Shown here: piece by piece, positions 1 through 12,990 of the stretch
Numbering within the stretch: position 1 is the first letter of the stretch
Layout: each line of letters starts with the position of its first letter
From: Chrysomallon squamiferum
Taxonomy: Eukaryota; Animalia; Mollusca
DNA length: 64,000 nt
Reading direction: 5' to 3'
NCBI GenBank assembly: GCA_012295275.1
Contig: CM022672.1
Coordinates: forward strand, 30,566,001 to 30,630,000
Notes under the pieces: generated by a model
What the model was told of the DNA's origin: nothing
The model's input: the letters and a program-made list of their open reading frames with translations, nothing else
Database searches by the model: none
Translations under genes and position numbers: made by a program

Positions 1-1295
1 GTAAACAGATAATGACAGTTCGCAAAATTACTAAGTCGTAGTTTTTATCGCTTTGAATTCCATAGTGTACAGTTGAGTTAAAATACGGACTTAAATGCCA
101 GTTGTTTCACTGAGATCCGATCATTAGATTAATTAAAATAAAATAAACAAAATAAAACGAGAAACGACATTTGAAAGTACAGGATTGTCTGCCCCTGAGA
201 GGAAAGTGGGAGGGATGAATGAATTGATTATTTAGCGCGGAGGTCACTCAGTGATAAGGTATAATGCTAGGGTCAAATGGGCAAGTTCAATGAGGACAAA
301 TAAAATATTTTGTAAAGTCTCTTGACTATTTTCAGAAAACAAACGCGTTACAAAAAGTATGATCGGAAAGAAAAATGTTCAGTCTTTTTAACAACAATAG
401 AAGTTCAGCTTAAAGCAACTACACGAACTCGTTGCTATCGTGTTTTCTGCCGAACGGCGCATTAATTGATGGCCATTGAGGCCGGTTCACTCCCGAGTCT
501 GGAAACGACTGACGAAGCCGATTCTCAGCAACCAGAATCTCCCGAATTCTGTTTCATGGTTCTTGACTGTGAGCAAAATGACCATACTTTTCATAAACTG
601 TCAACTGAACCATCATAAAATTACTATTTAAGTGATTAAGTCTGGGTTAAAATGATATCGAAGCTAGTTACGTATACACTGTTTAACTCTGTCTCCACCT
701 TGGTCAATAAATCTCAAAGTTGTTTAGGCATGATATTAGTTACAGACTGTGTGTTGGAAGAGGCCTTCAGCACAGGTTTTTTAAAGTTCATTTATTTCTG
801 ATGACAAAAAAAGCTAAATATACATGGTCACGTGACGCCACTTTCTTAGCTACTGTTGTGGAAAAAAAAAAAAAAAGAGTGAGAAAATGACTTTTCATTT
901 GTAATTGTTTACTCTGTAGTAAGTTGTGGCAGTGCCTTGGAAATAATATTGAAAATAATTGTGAAATAAATGTGTTCTGCTCTGAAGCTATTTGAATGAC
1001 AACTTGGAATTTGTTTTATAATTGAAATCAAGATAAAAATATGTACAGTAATAATTAGGAATCATTGCTGTATTTCCAAAACAGAAAATGTGCTTAGAGT
1101 CCCTCAAAAACTACATATTCTCTCTTTGATATAATTAATGTTATTAATTTTGAAGATAATGAACAAAAATATAAACAAAATGTTTTCTGTTTTTAGTACC
1201 ATATCTCTGTCTTATTTTCCATTTTCTTACATTTTTATCTTCTTCAGAAATGTATTCATTTGTTTGCATGTTTGGAAGACACAATAATTTCATTA

Positions 1296-1580
1296 CAGGT
1301 TGAGGGTCCGTTATCTGAAATTCCGAAATCCGAAAAGCTTCGAAAAGCACAAATAGTGGTATCTTCTAGTTTTAGCAGTATTTTGCAAACACTAACATCA
1401 TTTTATGCCACAAAATTATTATAAAATATTTGTATAAGCTGTATATGAAATTTAGATGGAATTCGTGTTTAGACTTAGATCCTATTCTCAGGCCATCTTC
1501 TTGTATTCCAAAATTCGAGACATTCTCAAATCCGATACAGTTCCGACCCTGAACATTTCGGACGAACAATTCTCAGACTA
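1296..1580. mobile_element. Tigger-derived MITE (Tigger4/MER46-like ends); copies at ~14920-15180, ~28258-28535, ~59080-59395 (inverted) and a related element at ~55311-55562
   Basis: TA|CAGGTTGAGGGTCCGTTATCTGAAATTCCGAAATCCGAAAAGC... left end with a degenerate ...CATTTCGGACGAA...CTCA/CCTG right end. The 55.5-kb element ends in CTCAACCTG|TA. Confidence 0.6.
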
Positions 1581-1640
1581 GTTATTTGTTCTAGGAAGTG
1601 TTGGTCTTTCTAGAGTTATTTCCCTTCCATTCAGCTCTTT

Positions 1641-1675
<35 letters not shown>

Positions 1676-1999
1676 TTATTATTATTATTTTAATGCCCTG
1701 TAATAACATTATGATATATAGTTTTTGATTGTCAATTTTCTTTTGTTGTTATCTGTAACATTTTATTTTATTTATTTATTTGTTTATCTTAAATGATATT
1801 TCAGTTTACTGAAGAGTGAAGAAAAAGACAAAAGTCTACATGGAGATAAGAATAAATTGTCTAATCAATTTTGTTTATGCGTCAGTATTATTATTTGCTG
1901 TTATATGTGATCCATCTTCACTAATAACGAAAACTACTAAAATAAAGTAAGTAACAAAAGAATTAACGCCGCGATTTTATTATTTCCCAACCGGAACTG

Positions 2000-2098
2000 T
2001 GACGTCATCATAAACTTGATACGTGATAGATGTAATCATTTGTACAACACTAGAAAAAGTTTAGAGCAAATCAGGCCGCCTCATACGTGATGTCGTCA
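2000..2098. promoter_or_regulatory. Paired CRE-like palindromes (TGACGTCA) in the conserved 3' flank
   Basis: TGACGTCA at 2000, 15593+15677, 28973+29057, 40951+41043 and 58680. Function is not demonstrated. Confidence 0.3.
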
Positions 2099-2166
2099 TT
2101 ACCTAAAACTACCGACGTTAAAATAAATCTTTTGGGGTAATATTCATTAGTAATTAAGACTGCATT

Positions 2167-2221
<55 letters not shown>

Positions 2222-2573
2222 GAAAGGGAAAATAAAACGAAAGAAACTTGGACATATGCGAAAGATATTTATCTTATTTGTTTTCATTTCGAACAAAAAC
2301 AAATAAACAAAAATAAATAAATGACATCTCGTTCTCTTCGTTATTCTGACTTGCAACGTGCGCGCGTATTTGCGTAATATTTTATTTTATGTATGATAGA
2401 GAGTGGTAATCATAATTATCACAGAAAAACATATTCTTATTAATTATGAAAAACATATTCATAAATCAATTTATATGGAACAGTTATAGTATAACAAATT
2501 TGATATCATAACAAATGCCAAGCTCTATTAATCTTATATTTTTATTTTCTTTCAGTGCAGTCTCTGACACAAA

Positions 2574-5557
2574 TTAGCATGTACCAAATGAACAAGTTGA
2601 TTTGTTTGTGTCCCAGACTGTTCCTGGTAGACAAGCGAACTTGTGACCCACACCATTGACACACAGGACGAAATTACCACAAGTCTTTCCAGCCATGAAG
2701 ACAACTCCTACTATAGGACAGTCATCTGAAAAAGATGATAGTAAGAAATAAATGCCTGTAATAAACATCCTCATCAGCCCTATGTCAATCACTGACAAGG
2801 ATTTTGTTTATTTATATTACTGATTTTTACAAATAGAAAATTCTACAATTTTAATAATCTCGGACTCTTTAATTTATATTTACTGAAGAATAATAAAATG
2901 ATTGTTTAATATTAAGAAAATGAAACACAACACTGAAGTATGTATGTATGTGTGTAGATATACCATGAAATTATTAAAATATTTCTGATTATGACCATCT
3001 TTGCTATTAACATGTTTTACACTCAGAACTAATTTTCTATCTTCAGTAATTACCAACCAGGAACACATTTCTCTGTATTACAGGGAACAGTTTTCACTTC
3101 AGTTACTTCTCCTTCACATAACTTTCCACCATTTTTAGGAGTAGGATTATCACATGTTCTGCTTCTTGACTGGTTGTTGTATCCTGTTCCACACACTTAT
3201 GAACATTCAGTAAGATTCTTCCATTCTGACCAAGTACTCCAACCACCATCAACTGTTAATAATATAAATTTGTAGTTATGACTGACATAAGCTTGGAAAA
3301 ATTTGAATTAAAATAGAGACATAAACATATCCCCGATCACCACGTTTAGATTATAAGAATCTTGAATTTCCAGTGTTATTAATCAACAGGAAAACCAACT
3401 AAAGATACACACTATTAATTATTAACCTGCACCACATTTCTCTGTATTACAGGGAACAGTTTTCATTTCAGTTTTTTTTTCCTTCACATGACTTTCCACC
3501 ATTTTTAAGAGCAGGATTGTCACATGTTCTGCTTCTTGACTGGTTTTTGTATCCTGTTCCACACAGTTTTGAACATTCACTAACAATCTGCCATTCCGAC
3601 CAAATACTCCAACCACCATCAACTGTTAATAATATAAATTTATAGTTATATCTGAACACTGCATTCAAAACAAATGAAATCAAAATTTAGATATAAACTT
3701 ATCACAGATGACCTAGTTTAGATTATCAGAATTTTTAACTTCCACTGTTATTAATCATCAAAAATAGTGTTAATGGTAGCTTTTATTGTTTGTTTTTGTT
3801 TTTGTTCCTACAATGGATTAGGAGTTGCAGTTAATCAGGAACAACTTAACAGTTTAACTTTGTAACTGAATTAAAAGACTGCTAAAGATAGTTTTTGTTT
3901 GTTTGTAAAGATATACATTATTGACTACTAACCTGGACATGGCTCTGTATTACAGGGAACATCTTTCATTTCAGTTGTTTCTCCTTCACATGACTTTCCA
4001 CCGTTTGTAGGAGCAGGATTATCACATGTTCTGCTTCTTGACTGGTTTTTGTATCCTGTTCCACAGAGTTCTGAACATTTAGTAACATTCTTCCATTCCG
4101 ACCAAGTACTCCATCCACCATCAACTGTTAATAATATAAACTTGTGTTCATACATCTGAACACTGCATTGAAAACAAATCAAATTAAAATTAATCATAAA
4201 AAATCTTAATGGCAGATAAGTGAGAAAAAATAATACATTTATTTTAAATGAACTGTAAGAAAAATGATAATTTAGTTTAAAACATCTGTTTTGAAGATAT
4301 TCAGAAGACACATCGCCTTTTGTCATCAACTCTTGGAGCTAGTAATATTCTAAACTAAATAATTAATTATTCAAATATTTTATGCTTATCAACTTCAACA
4401 CTTCTGTCCATTGAAAATAATGGATAAGTGTGTATTAAATTACTTGGACATGCTTGTAGATTACAGCTGGATGTTTGGTTTTCAGTGTTAGACCAATGTC
4501 CACCATAGGCAGGCACTGGATTAGTGCAAGTTCTGCTCCTGATTCCCGCACGAATTCCACCTCCACAAGTTTTGCTGCATTCATCGTGTGACCAATCTGA
4601 CCAAGATGCCCAACCACCATCCACTGCAAAATGAAGAGCATACTAGAATTTACAAGTTAAGAATCCAATAAAGCCAAGGAAAGACACTAATATAACACTC
4701 ACCTCTACATTTCTGTGTATTGCAAGTGACAGTCTGTATCTGGAAACTGGACCCCGGACAATAACTTCCACCATATCGAGGTGTTGGATTGTTGCACCGT
4801 CTAGTTCTTTTCTGAACTTTGGTTCCAGATCCATATGGCCTAGAACAGTCACTGCTATCAACACAGGAAGACCAGCTGCTCCAGCCACCATTAACTAATT
4901 ATAAATAAGATATTTAAGTTGATAATAAATGTAAATTACAGTTAAATGATTAGTGCAAAGAATTAACTAGATAAAAATCAGATGAAGCCAAGAAAAGACT
5001 ACTCCGTTGACTGCTCATTTTTGGCTTACTTATTTAATTATTTACATAGATTCTTATGTACTGATTCATATATTTCCTTGCCTGCTTGTACATTTATTTA
5101 GTAATTTAGTACTTACATATTCAGTTATATATTCATTTAACAATTAGCTACTGATATATTGAACTAATTGTTACATAATTGTTTAGATATATATTTACAT
5201 AGTGTCATATTCGTATATCTACTTACATATTTATCTACCAATTTTTCCTTTTACTTACATATTTTCTTAGATAAATAATTACAAATTTGTTTATTTGCTT
5301 TTGTACATGCTTGTTTTCATATTTACATATATACTTGCATACGTGTATACATACATTTAAACTAAAATGTTTATTGATATATACTCATACATATGCATAT
5401 TAACAGAATACATAAACATACACAGCATGCAGATACATGTACTTACCTACATACCTGCCTTTCTGTCTACCTACCCATTTATATATATATATATATATAC
5501 AGTGGTACCTCGACGTACGAGTGTCCCAACTTACGAGTTTCTAGAGTTACCACTATA

Positions 5558-5636
<79 letters not shown>

Positions 5637-7088
5637 ATATATATATATATATATTATACAGTGGTACCTCGACTTACGAGTGTCGCAACTTACGAGTTTC
5701 TCCAGTTACGAGCAGTCAATATCTGAGTTGCGAGTCAATATCCGAATTACGAGCGAGCTTCAGATACGCCGCCGCTAGTTGGCGGAATGAACAACACAAC
5801 ATCCGGCCAGCATCCCGCGTTTCACTCGTTTACTTCACGTGGTTACCTCGTCGTGGAACCATTTCTGTTGTGTTGTGTTCGCGTTTTGTGCAGCATTTTG
5901 CCAAATTTGTTTTCTCTGACCATGGATCCTAAGAAAGTGAGTGCAAAGGGCAGTGCTGACAAGAAGAAGCGGATGATGTCCATTGAATTAAAGCTTTAAT
6001 TCATAAAAAAACATGAGCGAGGTATGCGTGTAGTCGATTTGGCTAAGGTACGAGCGTAGTACTTCTCCGATATGTACCATACTGAAGCATGAGGAGTCGA
6101 TGAAAGCTATAACTACAGCCGAAGGCATTCAAATAATTTTTCTAATCTCCAAGAGAAATACACATTACAAACCTATTTATTTCTTTACATTCCCTTTTAT
6201 TCCCTTTTATTATTCAATATTTGTCATTTATAAATATATATTTCTTATGTAAAAACAAGTCACAGAAAAAACAAAAAATGGGGTGGTTTTAGGGTGGGCT
6301 GGAACGGATTGATGGTATTTCAATTAATTTGAGTCGGGAAAATTGATTTGATATATGAGCGAACTGAGATACGAGCTCGGTCACGGAACGAAATAAAGTC
6401 GTAAGTCAAGGTACCACTGTAAGTACACACAGACACTCACACACATATACATGGAGAGACATACTCACATGTAGTCATTTATTAATAATGAGACAGAAAA
6501 CTTACAATTTATATGAGGTTTTCGCAGAATGTGGCCTTCAAAATGAATCAAGGACATGCACTATATAATTCTTATATTATTGACATTAATATAACACTCA
6601 CCTCCACATTTGTGTGTATTTGCAAGTCGCAGTCTGTGTATGGACTCTGTACCCCCGACAGTAACTTCCACCATTTTGAGGTGATGGATTGTTGCACCGT
6701 CTAGTTCTTTTCTGAACTTTTTTTCCAGATCCACATGACCTAGAACAGTCACTGATGTCCCACCAATATGACCAGCTACTCCAGCCACCATTAACTAATC
6801 ATAAATAAGATAATTAAGTTTATAACAAATGTAAATTATAGTTAAATCACTGGTGCAAAGAATTTACAAGTTAAGAATCAGATGAAGCCAGGAAAAGTCT
6901 ACTCCGCTGACAGCTAATTTTTGGCTTCCTTATTTAACCACTTATATATTTATATAGATTCTTATGTACTAATTCATATGTGAACTTGCCTGCTTATATA
7001 TATTTTTTTATTGATTTAGTACTTACATATTCAGTTATATATTTATTTAACAATCATTTACTTATGTACTTAATTAATCCTTAGATAC

Positions 7089-7142
<54 letters not shown>

Positions 7143-8148
7143 TAATATAACTGTCATATCTCTTTATCTACTTACATATGTATCTACTAATTTATACTTT
7201 TACTTATACATATTTCTTTAGATTCATAATTAGAATATATTTACATGCTTTTGTACATGCTTGCTTTCATACTTACATATATACTTGCATGTGTATATAT
7301 ATATACATACATTCAAACTATTTTATTTATTAACATACATAACATTGCATGTTAATAGAATATATAAATATACACAGCACGCACACTCACATACTTCGGT
7401 ACATAGCCTCCTTCCTGCCTACCTATCCGTATATATATATATATATAGATCTATAGATAGATAGATACAAACACACACACACATCCACGCACACACACAC
7501 ACACAAGACATATACATGTAGAGACACACTCACATGTACTCGTTTATTAATTATGAGTCAGAAAACTTACAATTTATATGAGGTTTTCAAAGAATCTAGC
7601 CCTCAAAATGAATCAAGGACATGCACTATATAATTCTTATGTTACTGGCATTAATATAACACTCACCTCGACATTTATTTGTATTGCAAATAACATTCTG
7701 TTTTTGGACACTGGACCCATGACATTTACTTCCACCATGTTGAGGTGATGGATTGTTGCACGATCTAGCCCTTTCCTGCTCTTTGATTCCAGATCCACAT
7801 AGCCTAGAACAGTCACTGGTGTCAACCCAGGAAGGCCAGCTGCTCCAGCCACCATTAACTAAGATATTTAAATAAGATATTTAAGTTTTTAATAAATGTA
7901 AATTACAGTTAAATTATTGGTGTTTTTCTCCTCATATTATGTCTTAGGAACTAAAACCTTCGATTTACCCACTGGGCTATTTCCCATTTCTACAGCTACC
8001 ACATTACGTATTTATCAAATACAGTGGTATGTGGTTTTCTAATGTAAAAATGTAAAGCATTTAAAAGATTGTTGATGGTTATTCACAGAAAAGTTGTATT
8101 TTTTTCTTCTTCTTTTTTTTAATTCGTTCGTTGTTGTGTTTTTGGTAT

Positions 8149-8199
<51 letters not shown>

Positions 8200-8556
8200 T
8201 TTTATTTTATTTTATTTTATTTTATTCATTTATTTTGTTTTTTTATTTTAAATTTATTGTTTGTTATCATCAACAGACAAAAAATAAATTGCAGACATTA
8301 AATAAAAGTTAAATGTCCTGAAAAATCCGAACTAAATGCAACTAAGAAATAACACTAATACTGACTGCCTTAAGGAATTATAAAGTAACAACATACATAA
8401 ACCAGTTCTTAGGAATTGTTAAGTTACAGCAAAGGCTAACATTGTTGAGTTATACTTACTTGCAGGTGGTGCCCTTCGCCCAAACGGCCAATGGAACCAT
8501 CCAGCTTCAGTAAAGACCAATAATACACATACGATTAACAGTGTAAACAGCTTCAT
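2574..8556 (-). pseudogene. TSR-CBM14 paralog A: signal peptide + 7 TSP1 repeats (a,a,a,b,c,c,c) + C-terminal chitin-binding type-2 domain; damaged, or functional only with exon skipping
   Basis: Exons with GT-AG boundaries: 8460-8556 ([32 protein letters not shown]), 7667-7858, 6602-6794, 4703-4894, 4444-4623, 3933-4124, 3427-3622, 3058-3252, 2574-2725 ([50 protein letters not shown]). TSR motif WxxWxxW..C..CG.G.....R.R.C.NP.P..GG..C. Lesions: +1 nt at ~6620, +1 nt in the T-run 3472-3480, in-frame TAA at 3197-3199, and a 9-nt deletion removing a Cys in exon 4444-4623. Confidence 0.8.
5659..6419 (+). mobile_element. Internally deleted pogo/Tigger-family DNA transposon in an intron of paralog A
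   Basis: TIRs CAGTGGTACCTCGACTTACGA / TCGTAAGTCAAGGTACCACTG flanked by TA. Internal remnant MDPKKVSAKGSADKKKRMMSIELKL*...HERGMRVVDLAK resembles the CENP-B-type N-terminal HTH of Tigger transposases. An extra partial left-TIR copy lies at 5500-5550. Confidence 0.85.
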
Positions 8557-8784
8557 CTGTGACAAAATACAGAACAAATATAGATATACAGATGTATATA
8601 CATACATACATAAAGATGAAATCTGGTCACAAAAGAAAATGTCACAGACTGAAAAAAGGATAAACATAGCCTTCCTAAATAAAGAAAAAAGAAAGAAAAA
8701 TTAATGAAAATAAATTATTGAAAATATTAAACAAACAACCAAAGGAAAATAAATAATTTTAGCTAATAATAAAGTATAATTTAC

Positions 8785-8841
8785 CTTCGGATTCCAGATT
8801 GTTTAGATCTGTTGTATGAACAAATTCAAAAACTATATATA
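8785..8841 (-). promoter_or_regulatory. Putative TATA box and short non-coding first exon of paralog A (homologs at ~19425-19481, ~35197-35252, ~43461-43517)
   Basis: The ATG of each paralog sits directly after an acceptor (cag|ATG or tag|ATG). A conserved donor GAAG|gt(a/t)aat lies ~230-290 nt upstream (8785), with TATATATA (8834-8841) just 5' of it. Confidence 0.5.
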
Positions 8842-9670
8842 GGTAAATGGTGAGGATTCTAACACAATGACTGGGAAAAAAACACTGACACAGAGAACAG
8901 CCAAAATGAATTCAATACGCAAATTTAATTAACTCGCACTGGAGACATCTGTTGTTATATCCAATATTTGCTTCATATTAAGTTACTCTTGATGAAAAAG
9001 AGATATCGTTGGAAATATTTGAAATTTTGTTTTAATATTCGGGTAAACGTCTCGTTGATATATAATGTTCAGCATAACAGTTCCAGGATCACTTCACCTT
9101 ACTATGATATTTGGGTTATTTCCGCATTTCTCCCAACGCTGTGTGTCGTTTGTTTCAGATTTAAATTAAGTCTGACCTCAGTTGTGAGTAATAAATATCT
9201 TGTAATATCTTCATTCAAATGTTCATTCATTCAGTTATTCATATACACAAGAACTACTGCAGTTTCTCAACGGAGCCTTTCATTAGTTTCACCCTTCAGT
9301 TTTAATTTCTATGACCACGTTATCTTGCTGTCATGAAAACCGATTTAGAATAATTAAAACCTTTGATTCATCAATGGTAATTTCAAAAGGTTAGTTTTAC
9401 AGGGTTCTTTAAATTATTTGTTATGGTATTCAGTCCTACTGAAATTTCTATGACCACATTATAACACTGTCGTGATAGGCTAAAAACCAAATTAGGATAA
9501 TTAAAACCTTTGACTGTAACTCACAAATGATAATTTCAAAATGTTACTTTTACAGGATTCTTTAAATGACTTGTTATTGTATTCAGGCTTATTGAAATTA
9601 TGCAAACAATAATAAGATTTTAATCAAGACTATGATGTTTTTAAGAGAATTACTTAAACAAAAACAGTAA

Positions 9671-9773
<103 letters not shown>

Positions 9774-10439
9774 AAACATATCTATATATACTTATGTAAG
9801 ACAAGTGCTTTGTGATGCTTTATATATGTTGCCACCATTAATCTATCACTGTACATTAGTAATCAGAAATAACAATTCCACTTACAAGCTGACACTCTCA
9901 TTCAAAAACAACCACTTACAAACTATATTAAGAACATTTTAATGTTCTTGTTATTAACTGGTTTTTACTAGTTATCTTTGTCAGGAATGTTTGTTCGTAT
10001 TTAAAGAGTACCTTTGCTGACAAGTTACATTTCGCATTTTCTTTCTTGCTGTCTAGTGTTAATAATGAAGTATAAAATCAAAAGAGAATAGTTTTAAAAT
10101 ATCTGGCCGCCACCGTTTTTGCTTTGGAATAGCATTATGATGTAGAGGAGTTAGGTATCTTTTGTTTCCCGAACATCTAAAGGAATGGGGTGAACCACTA
10201 GAACTAGTAATTTCACTTAGGCAAAATAACCTGACAAGAGAAACATATACCATAAATTTATTCACTCAGTGAACAGAGTAAAAAATATGGATTGCCTTTT
10301 ACACTTAAAAATATGTGACGATTTCCTTCTATACTAGTAAGTGTAAGTGACTTTGATATCAAGATTAGGAATGAATTAATAGAAACATTACCTTGTCATT
10401 TTATAATACTAACAATTGTTTTCTGTCATTCATATTTAT

Positions 10440-12990
10440 GACGTAAATTAACCAATGGGAAAAGAATTAGAGTAAATATATTAAATATCAATAAACTTAA
10501 AAACAAACTTATTCTCTTGCAGTGTGTATCTTAATATAACAATTTGTTATTTTTTTTTTATTTTCTCATGAAATGATTAAAATAAAAAGTAAACAAATCT
10601 CAAAAGAAACAAACACACCATGAAATAAATTACGTGGATAAGACCATCGAACCATAAAGTTTTTTTTTCTTTTTGGCTTCTTTGTAAATTAAAAATATTC
10701 TACAAATATATGTGTTTAAACGTACTGATGTGAAATTAGATTGGATGGGAACTGTACTATGAATTTCTTGAGGGGGAGGGGGGGCGATAACAGATTTCAA
10801 ATATAGTTAATGTTTTATAAATATACTCTTTATGCAATAACATATATATATATATATATATATATAATCGCAGGGACGCATTAATTCTACTTCACTCATT
10901 AAAGATAACCCTTTTTCAAAGTATATTTTTTGACTTTGATATATTATTAATAATACATATGTAAGGATATGACTGAATTAAATGTATTAATACGGTTATG
11001 AAGAGTTTCTTTATTATCGAAAACAGCTTTAGATTTAAAACAGCATTTTGTCATGCTCCCCGATTCGCTATTGTCCCATAACTCGATTATCAAAATCGAA
11101 AGAATATTATCTTTTGTTAGTGAATTATAAATAGCCATTAATAATTACTATTAAATACCACAAGGAAAAAACATTATTTTTTTCAACGCCTACTGTCAAA
11201 CCATTATGGATAGTTTTAAATGTGAAATGTGTTGCTAATGTGCCATATCTGTTAAAAGAAATATCAGCAACAAACAAATGTTTATTTTGACTGCGGTCAC
11301 CAGAGCAGTACAAAACATTTTAGACGCCACTGAAATCCAATGTTTGCTGCTTTTAAACATGGATCAGTACTAGATTTTATGGATGATGCAAACTTTATAC
11401 ATAGAAACTGTAAACAGTGAGCCCAGCTGTTGAACGCTATTGTGTGTTTTTAATAGTATTTGATTGCATTTAATAGTAGTAGAAGAGGCAGGCTGAATAC
11501 CATATTGATGTTATGACTACCTTTTGTACTTTTGTAATAATCCTTGCATCCAGGTTTTAGTCCATACTGACATCCATTACTCGTGCTAGGTTTAAAGGCT
11601 TCATTGTTCTAGCAGGATAGAATGATATATGTTTGAACTGAAAGAGACGATGCTGTTTTTGTCATTGGCGTTGATGCTGTCATTCGTGTTGTTGTTGCTG
11701 ATATTGTTGGTGTTTTCGTTCTATCTTCTTTGGCTGTTATAAAATAAATAAATAAAACAATTCTGATGACAATAATGAGTAAAACATAAATAATTGATTT
11801 CTGTCATTCATATATGCACATTTGTATATTTATGTACAGACACATGTAGTAACGTTTATCATAATATGAGGTGCTGCTTCAGGTCTCGTGAGAAAGGTGA
11901 AGAGAATCAGTCCTTTAACCATCTGTTGCTTTGGCCATCATCTCCGTTTCAGCTTTGGACCGTTTATCAGTGTTAAGATTTTGATATTTGAAACCTCAAA
12001 CTCCATTTAGTATTGATCCATTCTTCAACGTTGCAAACATTAAGAAACAGTATCTATCATTGTTTAAAGGACACGGAACTTAAGGTGTTACTGAAATAAA
12101 ATATTTTGTGAAATCTCTTTAAAACTGACATTTGAGCAATTTCGTTGTCAATTATTTAATGCATTCGGTCAAAAATACACAATAGCGTTCAACAGCTGGG
12201 TTCAATGTTTACAGTTTCTATGAGAGATACTGCATAAACTTTGCATCATCCATAAACTCAGGTCAGATCAAGGATTTCAGGACCGTGTCTAAAATGTTAT
12301 GTACTGCTCTGGTGAATGCAGTCATATTAAATATTTGTTTCTTTTAACAGACATGGAACATTAGCAACAAATTTCAGATCTTAAAGGTATCCAGAATGGT
12401 TTGACATTAAACTTTGAAAAATATTAAGAAATTTTCCTCATTGTATTTATTAATGACTATTTATAATGCACTAACAAAATATAATATTCTTTCGATTTTG
12501 ATAATCCAGTTATGGAAGAATCGCTAATTGCGGAATATGACAAAGTGCTCTTTTAAATAAAAAAGAAACTGTTCATAACTGTATTAATTAATTTAATTCA
12601 GACATAATCCTTACATATGTATTATTACTAATATAACAAAATCAAAATCAATATCATTGCATAAAGAATATATTTATATAAAATTAACTATATTTGATAT
12701 CTGTTATCGCCCCCTCCCCTTCAAGATGGTACACAGTACGGTTCCCATCCAATCTAATTTTACAGCTGTACATTTAAACACACATATTTTAAATTTAAAA
12801 AGAAGCAAAAAATAAATTAATAAATAAATTTAAAAAAAAAAAAATCATAATTAAAAAGAAAAATGAAGAAAGAAAAAATATGGAATGAAGTTGTTATGAA
12901 CGTAATTTACTTCATGGGTGTTTTTGTTACTTGGGGAGATTTTTTTACTTTTTTGTAATCATTCTTTTTCCCATTGGTTAATTTACGTGA
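10440..12990. repeat. Long imperfect inverted repeat (arms ~10440-11470 and ~12160-12990, spacer ~0.7 kb)
   Basis: For example acgtaaattaaccaatggga (10441) vs tcccattggttaatttacgt (~12969); gggcgataacaga (10782) vs tctgttatcgccc (12700); cccagctgttgaacgctattgtgt (11422) vs acacaatagcgttcaacagctggg (12177). Confidence 0.85.
11521..11733 (-). pseudogene. Orphan copy of the Thr-rich exon 2 of the PAN-like gene
   Basis: Aligns by eye to 47001-47214. Has CAA where the 47-kb copy has TAA, but carries its own 1-nt indel and a TAG. Confidence 0.55.

Larger units (their letters stand above)
1..2570 (+). repeat. Segmental duplication unit: 3' flank of paralog A repeated at 13968-16135, ~26690-29460, ~39750-41055 and inverted at ~57870-60080
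   Basis: Position 1 (gtaaacagataatgacagtt) matches 13968, giving a period of ~14 kb. The same blocks recur downstream of each paralog with different deletions. Confidence 0.9.

Noticed and set aside
5367-5932. 119-aa and 179-aa ORFs with YLSI repeats
   Set aside because: Read-through of the (TATC)n microsatellite and the transposon TIR.
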